The position numbers were made by a program, and so were the translations under genes. From Azolla caroliniana (lineage: Eukaryota; Plantae; Polypodiophyta), in the NCBI GenBank assembly GCA_043228905.1, contig JBHGNT010000012.1, forward strand, positions 1,302,001 to 1,366,000: a DNA stretch of 64,000 bases, written 5' to 3'. Shown here one piece after another: positions 1 to 12,130 of the stretch. The notes under the pieces were generated by a model. The model worked only from the letters and a program-made list of their open reading frames with translations, ran no database searches and had not been told where the DNA came from. The first letter of the stretch is position 1. Every line of letters begins with the position of its first letter.

Positions 1-2950
1 GAAGCTACGAGTTGGAAAGGAGGATTTCCTTCTCCCTGAAGAGGAGCGAATGTTTCGCGATATGCTTGAGAGACATGGGAAGGTTTTCTCATTTTTCCCA
101 CGAGAAATCGGATGCGCCGACCCAAAGGTTATAGAGGCAATGGTGATCTTCACGGTGCCTCATGTGCCTTGGAATTTGAAACCGATACCGGTTCCGAGAG
201 CACACCTTCCGAAGCTGATCGAGCTCTTAAAGGAGAAGGTGAGTATGGGAATTCTAGAACCGTCGAATGCTCCTTATTCCAATAGGTGGTTCACGGTGCC
301 GAAGAAGAACGAATCATTGCGATTCATCCAAGATCTTCAACCCGTCAACAAGGTGACAATTCGAAATGCCGGAATTGGTCCGAGCGTGGACGAATTTGCC
401 GAAGCGTTTGCGGGCCGGTCCATCTACTCCATTGGCGATCTGTACTCCGGATATGACCAATTCCAGTTGGCGATCGACAGTCGGGACATTACAACCATGA
501 GGACTCCGATCGGGCTTGTGCGGATGTGTACCTTACCCCAAGGCACAACGAACTCGGTGGCTCATATGGTGAATGCCATGAATAAAGTCTTGAAGTATTG
601 CATTCCGGACATCACGATGCCATTCTTGGATGATATTCCGATAAAAGGATGTTCGGATGAGGAGAAAGATGAATCGAAAGATAAGGAAGGTTGTAGAAAG
701 TTCGTTGCGGATCATATGAAAGATTGCGAGAAGGTGCTTCAAAGGCTCGAAGATGCGAATTTGACATTTTCGGGAGAAAAATCTGCATTCGGGCAACCGG
801 AGATCTTGGTGGTAGGTCACTTGTGTGGAGCATACGGCCGGAAGCCCTCGCCATCCAAAGTGAACGCAATCCAAGACATGAAAGAAGAATGCGAAAACCA
901 AACGGAGGTTCGAAGGTTCCTTGGAGCGTGCGCGTTTTATCATATATGGATTCCTCACTACGCTCATGTCGCCGAACCATTATATGGACTACTAAAGGAA
1001 AGAATAAAGTTCGAATGGCGAGACGAGCACACAGAGGCGATGCGAAGATTAAAGAAACTGCTCCTTGAAGCTCCGGCACTAAGGAAGGCCGACTATGCCA
1101 AAGGGAAACCAATTTATGTGACCGTAGATACGAGCCCAACCGGAATCGGGTGGGTCATCAATCAAGAAGGTGAAGATAATGCGCGATATGCCGTCCGGTT
1201 CGGAGCAAAGGTTCTCAACGAACGGCAACAGAGATATGCCCAAGTCAAGCGGGAACTTTGGGGTATTGTGTCGGCAGTGAAGACGAACAAAGATTACCTG
1301 ATCGGATCAGAAGTGATAATAGAGACAGATTGTCTCCCAATTCTCGGAATGGTCTCGGGATGTGCGACCCCAGATCTTGCTATGCTAAGGTGGATCGCCT
1401 ACATCAAGTCTTTAAACCCGGAGATCCGTCACATCGCAGGGAAGAAGAACGCCATGGCTGACATGCTGTCGAGGGCAAGATTTTCAAATGGAAGTAACAT
1501 GGTTTCGGAAGATGAAGATGTCGCCCTCGACTTCTTCAAGATGGCTCGATTGTCGGCGGAAGACCAGGACACGCAAACCCTCCACGCCTTCAACGAGAAC
1601 GAGTACGAAGGAGAATGGTTACTCATCGGTAGATTCCTAAGAACATTGACGACAGATGCTTCGTTGACAAAGGAGGAGGCCCTACGAATCCGAAAGAAAG
1701 CTTACCGATACTTCTTGAAGGGAGGATTCCTTTGGCGACATCCAAAAAGAAGGACAGGAATACCACGTCGAGTGGTGGTAAAGAAAGAAGAGCAAGAGAC
1801 GCTGATGACCGAATTCCACGAGAGTGCTTGGGCAGGTCATAGAGGAACATGGGCGACGTTCGAAAAGTTGAAGGAGAAGTAATGGTGGCCAAGCATGTAC
1901 AAAGATGTACTCCATTTCGTGTCCACATGCGAAACTTGCCAAGTATATTCAAATATACGTCATCGTGATGAGTTAAAGCCGACATACCCACTCACCATTC
2001 ACTTCAAATGGATGGTGGATCTGGTCTCGATGCCAATGGGAGTGGGACAAATGAAGTACTTAGCGCTCGCAAGGGAAGACTTGACAAATCAAGTGGAAGG
2101 ACGAGCCTTGACAAATAAGACGACTTCAGCCGTTTGTAAATTTTTACTTGAAGATGTTGTTTGCCGTTATGGATGTGTAGGGAAGATAGTGGCCGACCGA
2201 GGGGAGTTGGATGCGCACGAAGCGACGGAGCTCTTCGAAAGACTAGGCGTGAAGCTCTCCCTCACGACTGCCTACAATCCGGAAGCAAATGGGAAGCCAT
2301 CGAGGGCATGGACCTATCGTTAAAGCCATCGTACGGGCATGCAACGGTCGAGTCGGGAATTGGCCACGACTATTACCCTATGCCTTGTGGGCCGATAGAA
2401 CGACACATAGCTCGGTGACAGGGTATATGCCGACGGAGCTTATGTATGGACAAAAGCCGATTATGCCCATCGAAAGGACGATCACCTCATGGGTAGCAAT
2501 ACCATGGGAGAACGAGATGAGCCGAGAAGAGTTATTAGCGGCGCGGATAAGGCAACTTGAAAGAAGACCTGAAGATTTAGAAAAAGCGCGAAAGATGATG
2601 AAGGCAGCCCGAGTAAAGAACAAATTCGGTTCGACAACACGCATCGACTTCGTCCCAAGAAGATTGAAGAAGGGGATTGGGTTTTGGTCTACGACAACAC
2701 CCTTGACAATCAACATAGTACAACAAGGAAGTTCGCAAGAAGATGGTTCGGGCCATATGTGGTGACAAGTGCCAACGATAATGCCACATACCACCTTGCG
2801 GAACTAGACGGATCAAGGTTGGCTGTACCCATTGCGGAAAAAAGAGTAAAGCTTTTCAAGAAAAGACAAGACAAGGATCCTGACCTCGATTACCTCGACG
2901 ATGAACATAATAGGCCGGATGAAAATGAAGACATGGAGGAATCTAATTGA
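1..2950 (+). pseudogene. pol: gypsy pol (RT, RNase H, integrase) with a premature stop and frameshifts
   Basis: RT DLYSGYDQF, LPQG, FLDD; RNase H VDTS...ELWG...TDC; integrase GH..C..C, DLVSM, DRGE, PEANG. TAA at 1880-1882 inside KEK[Y]WWP; frameshifts near 2295 and 2625. Confidence 0.92.
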
Positions 2951-3022
2951 TCATCGTAGCCGAAATCTCACTTCTTCTCTTCTTGGCACGTACCGGAGGA
3001 CGTGCGGTTTGGTGGGGGTGGA

Positions 3023-4023
3023 TGTCGTGAAGATTTTCGGCAATAGTGTGAAAATCCCATAAAACGTACAAAATCGAGTATGAATCATGTAATACAATAA
3101 TTGTGAAGATAACATTTTTAATATCTAAGTACAAAATGATGGAGGTTTCGAATGCACTTTATTACACGAGAAATGGACAACTAAATGTCAAGATATGAGG
3201 GTATAAAGTTTGTGAAAAGAAAAGAGAAAATTGTGAGATATCCCACATAGGCACGACAAATATGGCTCTCATAATATATAAGGTGGAGCAAAAGATATTA
3301 TCTTTGTGTCTATGTGTGGAGCATAGAGAGTTCAAGGTAACTTGAACTTAGAGTGGAGGTGGCTAGCTACTCGAAAAGGGTTTTGGCCAACCAAAACTAG
3401 ACCGGCGATGGAGCCGGTGATCCGATCGCAATCCGGCGGCGGCATGTGGCACCGGTATCCGGCGGCGGCGTCAGTATCCGGCGGCGGTATCCGGCGAACC
3501 GGCGACTAGATAAAATAAATATATAAAAATATATACATATTTACATATACAAGGAGGGCAAGTATGGATTCAAACCTTGCACCTCCAAGTTAGGAGTCAA
3601 ATGGCTTACCATTAAGCCATATTATTTAGTTGAAATTATATTTCTATCATTGTACTTTTACATGTAAATTCTCATCCATGAGTGCTAAAATGAGTGACAT
3701 GGTTAGCATGCACCACATGTAATACTTAAGCGCCAAATGGCAAACATGCAATTTATGCATGTCTTGTACCCTCACATGCATCATATGCATGCATGAGAGC
3801 ATCTATAAAAGAGGGAAGGGGGAGGAGAAAAACATGGTTTTTTTTATAAAAATTAAGAGGAAGAAATTCGTTATAAAATCGATCGTGTAATCTCATCTTC
3901 TCTCTTTCCCAATCTATCTTAAGTACTTTCTTGCCAAAGCTTGTATCGACTCTAAATCCTTCTGGTCCAGAACCCCGGCGGTTCCGCCTCACGATCCGCG
4001 CGTAGTGACGGATCTTCACGACA
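3023..4023 (+). repeat. gypsy 3' LTR (1001 bp)
   Basis: TG...CA ends with 12-bp TIR. Near-identical to 9261-10247 and 20527-21555 in reverse orientation. TATA-like CTATAAAAG at ~3803; GC-rich CCGGCGG repeats at 3400-3510. Confidence 0.95.
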
Positions 4024-4637
4024 ACGCATCGAATATTGCGGTATGTGAGCGGCACGAAGGACTGGGGAGTGTTATACCGGCATGGTATAACTTACGAGCT
4101 AGTCGGATACACAGTCCGACAAATAGTTGGAAGCGTGATATACTTGACAATCACCCGACCCGACATCAGTTATCCAGTCGGTGTGATCATCCAATTCATG
4201 TAGAAGCCAACCGTGGAGCACCTTTAGTGCGCGCATCGAATATTGCAGTATGTGAGCGGCACGAAGGACCAGGGACTGTTATACCGGCATGGTATAACTT
4301 ACGAGCTAGTCGGATACACAGATTCTGATTGGGCTGGTGATGCATGAGATCGTCGTTCCACCTCCGGGTACATGTTTTCCCTTGGTAGTGCAGTTGTTGC
4401 ATGGAGCAGCAAAAAGCAGCCAATAGTGGCTTTGTTGAGCATTGAGGCTGAATACCGGGGCGCTACCAATGCCACCTATGAAGCCATCTGGCTTCGACGA
4501 CTACTGCGAGATTTCCAGATCGAGGTGCCAACCTCGATCCTAATCTACTGTGACAACATAAGCAGCATACAACTCGCCAAGAACCCCATATTCCATGGTC
4601 GAACAAAGCATGTAGAAGTCCATTATCACTTCGTGCA
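4024..4637 (+). pseudogene. copia RT/RNase H fragment, inverted copy of 8647-9260
   Basis: GYTDSDWAGD, WSSKKQ..VALLS.EAEY, YCDN.S.IQLAKNP, HGRTKHVEVHYHF motifs; 614 bp matching the reverse complement of 8647-9260. Confidence 0.9.
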
Positions 4638-4944
4638 CCACATGTAATACTTAAGCGCCAAATGGCAAACATGCAATTTATGCATGTCTTGTACCCTCAC
4701 ATGCATCATATGCATGAGAGCATCTATAAAAGAGGGAAGGGGGAGGAGAAAAACATGGTTTTTTTTATAAAAATTAAGAGGAAGAAATTCGTTATGAAAT
4801 CGATCGTGTAATCTCATCTTCTCTCTTTCCCAATCTATCTTAAGTACTTTCTCGCCAAAGCTTGTATCGACTCTAAATCCTTCTGGTCCAGAACCCCGGC
4901 GGTTCCGCCTCACGATCCGCGCGTAGTGACGGATCTTCACGACA
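4634..4944 (+). repeat. partial (3' third) copy of the gypsy LTR
   Basis: Matches ~3709-4023 and ends ATCTTCACGACA. Confidence 0.9.
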
Positions 4945-5490
4945 ACGCGTTGTGGGCGGACCGGACTACGCACAGTTCGGTAACAAGGTTCATGCCAACA
5001 GAGCTGATGTACGGCCAGAAATCTATCATGCCGGTGGACCGCACGATTTCCTCCTGGATGACGATAGATTGAAGAGACAAGATGAGTCGGGAGGAGTTGT
5101 TGGCGGCGCGGATTCTACAGCTCGAGCGAAGACTGGAGGACGTGGAACAAGCAAAGACAAAGCTGCAAACGACGAGGGAGAGGAACAAAGGCTGATTCGA
5201 CTGGACGCACGGGCTGCGGCCGAAGAAGATCGAGGAGGGCGACTAGGTGTTGGTGTACGACAATAGCCTCAACAACCAGCACAAGGCAAAGTGTGAATTC
5301 ACAAGGAGGTGGTTCGAGCCCTATGTCGTAATGAGAGCGAACGACAGGACGCGATTAACGGTGTCGGTAGCCAGGAAGCGTATCAAGGCATTCAAGAAGC
5401 GACATGAGGACGAGCCGGACCCGGGAAGAGTGACCGACAATGACGACCGGTTCGGAGCAAACGAGGATTCGGGCGGTGACGGATGATTAC
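4945..5490 (+). pseudogene. decayed integrase C-terminal fragment of a related gypsy family
   Basis: ALWADRTTHSS, ELMYGQK, MSREELLAARI, LVYDNSL, WF.PYVV, homologous to 2380-2900 but clearly diverged and carrying stops. Confidence 0.8.
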
Positions 5491-5643
5491 GGGCCGGTCT
5501 TCTCTGGCAATTGTTCGTGTCTGGCGCATACCGGTGGAATAGGACGATTGATGTGAATATACTAGGTATAACATATTTACTAGCTAGGAAATCGACGCGT
5601 ATCTCTGTCCGAAGGGATAGAGAATAAAGTTGATGTGTTTTGA

Positions 5644-6122
5644 TGTAACGGCCTCCTTGGCGACCGATAAAAGGGAGGGTAGAAGAAGAAGAAGGGAGCG
5701 CGTTTTGGTGAGGACAAGGTGCTGTCGAACTGGGTATTGAGCTCTCTCCTCCTCTATCGTCGCTCTCTCCTCCTCTATCACCGCTCTCCACTCTATTGTT
5801 GGGTCGGTTGCCTCTATGTTTTCGAGGTCGGTTGCCTCTCTGTTTCTACAATGGTTGCCTCTGCTGTGTGTAAGCCTGTGTGCTTCCAGCAGAGGCTCCA
5901 TCGTGCATTCTATGTGTCGCGCGTGTGTGCGTGGGTTCTCTGTGTCGGGTCTGTTGCTGGCTTGCCGGTTGTAATCTTGCATACATTGTAACCTTGCTAG
6001 TTATTGAATTCAAACTTTTGTTTTCTCTCTCTTGTGTTCTCATGAGTTCCCTCTACCTTGTCCGGTGAGCGTGTATCACGTTCAAAGACTATATGCGTTG
6101 GGGTCTTATTCGGCCAGTAACA
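5644..6122. repeat. possible LTR remnant
   Basis: TGTAACGGCC...GGCCAGTAACA imperfect inverted termini and CT-rich LTR-like body; no TSD seen. Confidence 0.35.
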
Positions 6123-6397
6123 CTATCGGCAATGAGCAGGCCTAGCCAACGATACGCCTCGGTCCCTTTTGATCTCTTAAACCCCTCGTTCCAAGACCCC
6201 CACGGTCCCGCCTTAGTTTCTCCCACGTGAGTGGAACTATACGACAGCGTGTGGTTTAGCACATCCACTAAGTTCACCCGACTCTTCGTAATTGTGTGTT
6301 CGAAACGTTGAGGACACATTCTGGCAAACCACTACCATAGTGCCGCTACGTAGCACGAGTACGTGATCAAAGCGAAAAAGGAAGACACTACATCAAA

Positions 6398-6670
6398 ATG
6401 AACACACAAATGGGTAGCTCGCTCCCTAGTGAGGAGCTAGACCAGAGCAATTATTCATCCTTGGAGTACAAGATGACCCAATACCTCGTCGGCAAAGGGT
6501 ATTGGAGCGACATCAACGACGCACAACAAAATTGACCCAACTACGCCAACTACGCAACATGGGAGCAAGCGGCGAGTCGAGTCATGTATTTCTTAGCAAC
6601 ATGTGTCGATGATCACATGCTTAGCCACATTCGAAACGCCAAGATGCCTAAAGAGACGTGTCGGAACTTG
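6398..6670 (+). pseudogene. decayed copia gag N-terminus
   Basis: MGSSLPSEELDQSNYSSLEYKMTQYLVGKGYW resembles the gag start at 25251 (MASSLLTEKLNLSNYASWSYKMHQYLLGHGY). Confidence 0.7.
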
Positions 6671-6674
6671 TGAA

Positions 6675-7160
6675 TGTTAACGTGCAGAAGTGTTAGACAG
6701 AACCGGCTCAGACGGATAGCAACAGAGAATAAGATGAAGGTTTAATGGAGAAGCTTCATACAGAGAGAGTATACGTAGCAGAGACAGAGAGAGTAGAACG
6801 TAAAAGTAGATTCAAATAATAAAAACACTCTGTATACTCAGTACATACAATGTGCTACAACAACACTATTTATACAAGTCCTTAAAAGGACTGACAAAAG
6901 TACAACGTACTTCAATATTGCGACATGCGATTGACATTAACTACGAGACAATGATTACCTAGTAGTCTAGGCTACTACTAGACTTCAGGTTACCCCTCAA
7001 CTCCGGCTCTCCGATCCGTCTCACCAATCCGGCCGGTTGTTTCCGGATACCATCCAGATACCGATCCCGCTCATCCTTCCATATGCCGATTCGGCTCAAG
7101 CTTATTCAGCCAATCCGGATCCGGTTGAGCTTGTTCGTTCAACACTCCCCCCCAAGCTCA
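6675..7160 (-). repeat. copia-type 3' LTR with PPT
   Basis: Minus strand CTTGGGGGGGAG PPT directly followed by TGTT at 7144; far end near TGTT at 6675 or 6691 (uncertain). Confidence 0.55.
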
Positions 7161-7454
7161 ACTTGAGATCGGATCGTGGTGTTAGTGTCTGTGGCAGCCG
7201 GTTCTTCTACCCGGCTCCTGTTGGCGCTGCTCCGCCTTGCTTGCACTCCTCGTCCGGTCCGGTCCTGTTTGTCGCGACCCTTTTGGTTCTGCGCACCTTG
7301 ACCTCCTCGGTCAACAGGCCCATTTCAGCTCCCTCGTTGTTGCGACTCCGACGCTTGTCGACCCGTCGGTTCCTTCGTGTTGGCGTTAACTTCCGTTGCG
7401 TCCGTGTTCGCTTGGTCTTTAGTTGATCCGGTGTCGCTGAAATCCGCGCGTGCG

Positions 7455-8168
7455 TGTCGAATAGGACAGGACCACATGGGTCTTGGACTAAGGAGTAAGA
7501 GGAGGGAGAGAAGCTTGGGAGTTCAACCAAGAAAGAAAAGAAAGATTAAGATTTGAGAGATTAAGATTCAAGAGAATAAGATCTAAACAAGACAAGATAC
7601 ATTATGGAAAGCACCACACCAATTACAACCATGGTCGTGTAGGCCGAATGTAAACCCTCTAGATGAAACCCTAACCGGATAGGGGAAAAGAAGAAGAAGA
7701 AGAAGACGACGAATGAAACCCCTAAAATGAGATCCTAAAACCCAAAATTCCGAAACCCTAATGGCAACCCAAAAAAACCCAAAAAGTGGAAGCCCCTCAA
7801 AAGTGACCCCTCACTCCCTTTTATAATAATAAGGGGTGAGGCACATTACAAAAAAGAGTGGTCAAATCCCCTTTCTTTCTAAGGATAGTATTTGACCTCG
7901 ATCTTAGGAGGTGAGATTGATGGGTCTTAACTCCCTCTCCTCTCACCGAAATACTCAATGCCCACTACTCCCTACACCCATACTTCATGTGCCTCCCTCT
8001 AGTCTACAAAGTGCACATCACCTTTATACCTTTACATCTTAGTTTTACTCCTTACATTTTTCTACTATTCCTATATTACAATTTTCCTAAGTTCACGTGC
8101 AATGTTGCACATCTTGTTTTATTCCTCCCGCTCAGGTTTTCTCACCATAGCCGAAAATCCTCACGACA
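7455..8168 (-). repeat. LTR, probably the 3' LTR of the host copia
   Basis: Minus-strand start TGTCGTGAGGATTTTCGG at 8168, preceded by purine-rich AGAGGAGCTAG. Body shares motifs with 51488-52257. The 7455 end is approximate. Confidence 0.55.
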
Positions 8169-9260
8169 CTAGCTCCTCTGAATCCAACTGTTGAAGCAAA
8201 TCGGTTGTCTCCAATTCGTTCCCGCTCTTGTCCAAGTTGGTGTTCTCCCACTCATCTTCCGGTTTGAGGCCCTTCACCACATCAGACCATGTCCGGGTCT
8301 TGGCCTTCTCCTTCTGGTCGGCTCTGTCCTTCTTGACTCTGTTGTCGTTGCTGCTCGTTCCGACTTGTTCGGATGTACCGACTTCCTTCATTGATTCGGC
8401 TTCCTTTTTCCTCTTGTCTCCCCCTTTGTTGGTTCTTCCCTTTCCAGTTCATTGTTCGGTGCCATCAATAGTTTCTTTGCCTTTCCCGTTCTCCCCCTCA
8501 AGTGCGGCATGTTGAGATGTTGAACACCAAGCATTTAGGTGAACTGTTGCAACTTGTCCGATCCGAGCGGTTTGGTGAAGATGTCGGCAACCTGCCAATC
8601 CGTCTGAACATACCGAGGTTCGTCCTCACCGCTCAGGACCCGCTCATGCACGAAGTGATAATGGACTTCTACATGCTTTGTTCGACCATGGAATATGGGG
8701 TTCTTGGCGAGTTGTATGCTGCTTATGTTGTCACAGTAGATTAGGATCGAGGTTGGCACCTCGATCTGGAAATCTCGCAGTAGTCGTCGAAGCCAGATGG
8801 CTTCATAGGTGGCATTGGTAGCGCCCCGGTATTCAGCCTCAATGCTCGACAAAGCCACTATTGACTGCTTTTTGCTGCTCCATGCAACAACTGCACTACC
8901 AAGGGAAAACATGTACCCGGAGGTGGAACGACGATCTGATGCATCACCAGCCCAATTAGAATCTGTGTATCCGACTAGCTCGTAAGTTATACCATGCCGG
9001 TATAACAGTCCCTGGTCCTTCGTGCCGCTCACATACTGCAATATTCGATGCGCACACTAAAGGTGCTCCACGGTTGGCTTCTACATGAATTGGATGATCA
9101 CACCGACTGGATAACTGATGTCGGGTCGGGTGATTGTCAAGTATATCACGCTTCCAACTATTTGTCGGACTGTGTATTCGACTAGCTCGTAAGTTATACC
9201 ATGCCGGTATAACACTCCCCAGTCCTTCGTGCCGCTCACATACCGCAATATTCGATGCGT
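8169..9260 (-). pseudogene. 3' part of host copia pol (RT end, RNase H) and 3' tail
   Basis: GYTDSNWAGDASDRRSTSGY, EAEY, HGRTKHVEVHYHFV, QVADIFTKPL; continuous with 21556 once the gypsy insert is removed. Confidence 0.88.
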
Positions 9261-10247
9261 TGTCGTGAAGATCCGTCACTACGCGCGGATCGTGAGGCGG
9301 AACCGCCGGGGTTCTGGACCAGAAGGATTTAGAGTCGATACAAGCTTTGGCGAGAAAGTACTTAAGATAGATTGGGAAAGAGAGAAGATGAGATTACACG
9401 ATCGATTTCATAACGAATTTCTTCCTCTTAATTTTTATAAAAAAAACCATGTTTTTCTCCTCCCCCTTCCCTCTTTTATAGATACTCTCATGCATATAAT
9501 GCATGTGAGGGTACAAGACATGCATAAATTGCATGTTTGCCATTTGGCGCTTAAGTATTACATGTGGTGCATGCTAACCATGTCACTCATTTTAGCACTC
9601 ATGGATGAGAATTTACATGTAAAAGTACAATGATAGAAATATAATTTCAACTAAATACTATGGCTTAATGGTAAGCCATTTGACTCCTAACTTGGAGGTG
9701 TAAGGTTTGAATCCATACTTGCCCTCCTTGTATATGTAAATATGTATATATTTTTATATATTTATATTATCTAGTCGCCGGTTCGCCGGATACCGCCGCC
9801 AGATGCTGCCGCCGGATACCGACGCCGACGCCGCCGGATTGCGATCGGATCACCGGCTCCATCGCCGGTCCAGTTTTGGTTGGCCAAAACCCTTTTCGAG
9901 TAGCTAGCCACCTCCACTCTAAGTTCAAGTTACCTTGAACTCTCTATGCACCACACATAGACACAAAGATAATATCTTTTGCTCCACCTTATATATGATG
10001 AGAGCCGTATTTGTCGTGCCTATGTGGGATATCTCACAATTTTCTCTTTTCTTTTCACAAACTTTATACCCTCATATCTTGACATTTAGTTGTCCATTTC
10101 TCGTGTAATAAAGTGCATTCGAAACCTCCATCATTTTGTACTTAGATATTAAAAATGTTATCTTCACAATTATTGTATTACATGATTCATACTCGATTTT
10201 GTACGTTTTATGGGATTTTCACACTATTGCCGAAAATCTTCACGACA
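9261..10247 (-). repeat. gypsy 3' LTR (987 bp)
   Basis: TGTCGTGAAGAT...ATCTTCACGACA; adjacent PPT. Confidence 0.95.
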
Positions 10248-10393
10248 TCCACCCCCACCAAACCGCACGTCCTCCGGTACGTGCCAAGAAGAGAAGAAGT
10301 GAGATTTCGGCTACGATGATCAATTAGATTCCTCCATGTCTTCATTTTCATCCGGCCTATTATGTTCATCGTCGAGGTAATCGAGGTCAGGAT

Positions 10394-10684
10394 TGTCATA
10401 ACTAGACTCGAACCCATAACCTTTTGTTACACGGGTCGAGACTTTACCATTAGGTTATGAATTGTAATTTGAAGGATATTATTTTCATTTAGGTTTTATT
10501 GGGAAATTGATGTATATTCCAGATTTCTCTGGAACATTCTAGAAACTTCAGGAGTATTCCTGAAGACACTATAAAAGGAGGCGCAAGGCATTAGTTCGAA
10601 CCAAATCGGTTCAACGCCAGTCTTAAGCCTTCTAACTACTGTTGTATATCTTCCTTCATATAATACATATATCTTTCGCATCAT

Positions 10685-10725
<41 letters not shown>

Positions 10726-10859
10726 ACTCATTCCTTCTCTCAAAAGTTCGACACCTCTCATAGTACTAATCCTTCTCTGTCTTAGTACTATTCCCCAACA
10801 ATAGTACTAATCCTTCTTTTAGTACTAATTCCTTCTCTGCCTTAATAGAGTTCCTGACA
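10394..10859 (+). repeat. chromovirus 5' LTR
   Basis: TGTCA...TGACA; TATAAAA at 10570; (CT)n tract. Confidence 0.95.
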
Positions 10860-10960
10860 GTTTGAACCGATTTTTGGGTGCCTGTCTGGTCTTTTCTCTC
10901 CCTCTTCCTTCTGTCTCCCTCCTTTCCTACTAGTCTCTTATTTCCCTTTTCCTTCATCCC

Positions 10961-12130
10961 ATGGCCACCGTTAGCGCTGAAGAGTATCAATCCGTTTTCT
11001 CGGAATTTCAATGCTTGAAAGAGAAGTTTCATGCTTTGGAACAAGAAAATCAACGCTTGTTGGGGGATCTTCAGCAAATTTCCTTAGAAAAGCAGCAAAC
11101 GCAACAACAGCATGGGGAACTTGCGTTACGCGTGCAACAACTCGAAGCAACCATCGTAGCAATGCAACAACAAGGGCACGGAGCACAAGGGATTCATAAA
11201 GAACCCAAGATTGGCCTTCCCACGAAGTTCGATGGAACGCGATCGCAGTTTAGAGGGTTTCTTAACCAGGTACGGTTAGTTATTCAAATGCATCCGTCCC
11301 GATATCCCACCGATGCATCACGAGTGGGTTTAGTAGGCACGTTGTTAAATGGCTCAGCATTAGCATGGTTCGCTCCGCTACTAGAAAAGGAATCTCCAGT
11401 ACTAAATAATTTTGAAGAATTCATAAGTGAGTTTAAAGCATGTTTTGGAGATACTGACAGCATAAGGACTGCAATCAACAAAATCCGGCGATTACGCCAA
11501 GGTGACCGTCCAGCCTCCGCATATGCTGCAGATTTCCGCCTACTCGCCGCCGATATCCCCTGGGATGATCAAGCATTGATGGAGCAGTTCCGCTATGGTC
11601 TACGCAACGATGTCAAGGATTTACTCTTGACTTTCCCTGAAGAGCCAAAATCATTAACAGAAGCAATCAGTCGAGCGGTCAGATGTGACAACCGCCTCTT
11701 CGAGCGACGTTCGGAACGACAATTTCAGATGCCGAGGGCAAGATCCGAGCCTACCTATGCCTCAGTGGTAGCAAAACCTTTTCAAAGGGAGTCACATAAT
11801 GCGCCTCCAGTAAGTACTCCAACTCCAATGGAAATTGACACTACACGTCGTCGTGGGCCGCTATCGGAGGAGGAAAAGCAACGACGCCGAACAAACCGAT
11901 TATGCCTTTATTGCGGTGGACCAGGGCATATTGCGATAAACTGTCCCCATAGACCAAGAAGGCAGGTAAACCAAGTCGTTGTTAGTTCTGACTATACTAA
12001 ACCCGAGTCTATTTCAGTAGGAATCTCTGATAGTCCTCATAGTCATAATAGTCCTAATAGTACTAATAGTCCGAATCTCGCAAACAAATTTGATGTCCTT
12101 AGCCAATTAGAAGAAGAGTTAAACGACTAA
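10961..12130 (+). CDS. gag: chromovirus Gag (389 aa)
   Basis: Coiled-coil N-terminus, P.KFDG.R capsid region, LRQG major homology region, PMEID, CCHC knuckle CLYCGGPGHIAINC. Confidence 0.93.
   Translation: MATVSAEEYQSVFSEFQCLKEKFHALEQENQRLLGDLQQISLEKQQTQQQHGELALRVQQLEATIVAMQQQGHGAQGIHKEPKIGLPTKFDGTRSQFRGFLNQVRLVIQMHPSRYPTDASRVGLVGTLLNGSALAWFAPLLEKESPVLNNFEEFISEFKACFGDTDSIRTAINKIRRLRQGDRPASAYAADFRLLAADIPWDDQALMEQFRYGLRNDVKDLLLTFPEEPKSLTEAISRAVRCDNRLFERRSERQFQMPRARSEPTYASVVAKPFQRESHNAPPVSTPTPMEIDTTRRRGPLSEEEKQRRRTNRLCLYCGGPGHIAINCPHRPRRQVNQVVVSSDYTKPESISVGISDSPHSHNSPNSTNSPNLANKFDVLSQLEEELND

Larger units (their letters stand above)
1..4023 (+). mobile_element. 3' part of a non-chromoviral Ty3/gypsy LTR retrotransposon (Phygy-like): pol, PPT and 3' LTR; runs off the left edge
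   Basis: RT-RNaseH-integrase order in pol. PPT GGTGGGGGTGGA at 3011-3022. LTR 3023-4023 with 12-bp terminal inverted repeats TGTCGTGAAGAT...ATCTTCACGACA. Confidence 0.93.

Noticed and set aside
3556-3620. Functional tRNA gene
   Set aside because: No acceptor stem and a poor anticodon stem; reported only as a tRNA-derived motif.
9229-9633. Recurrent 100-150 aa ORF (also at 3753, 4626, 20447) as an extra gene
   Set aside because: It is antisense LTR sequence; its recurrence reflects LTR copies, its start lies in variable flanks and it has no recognisable motif.
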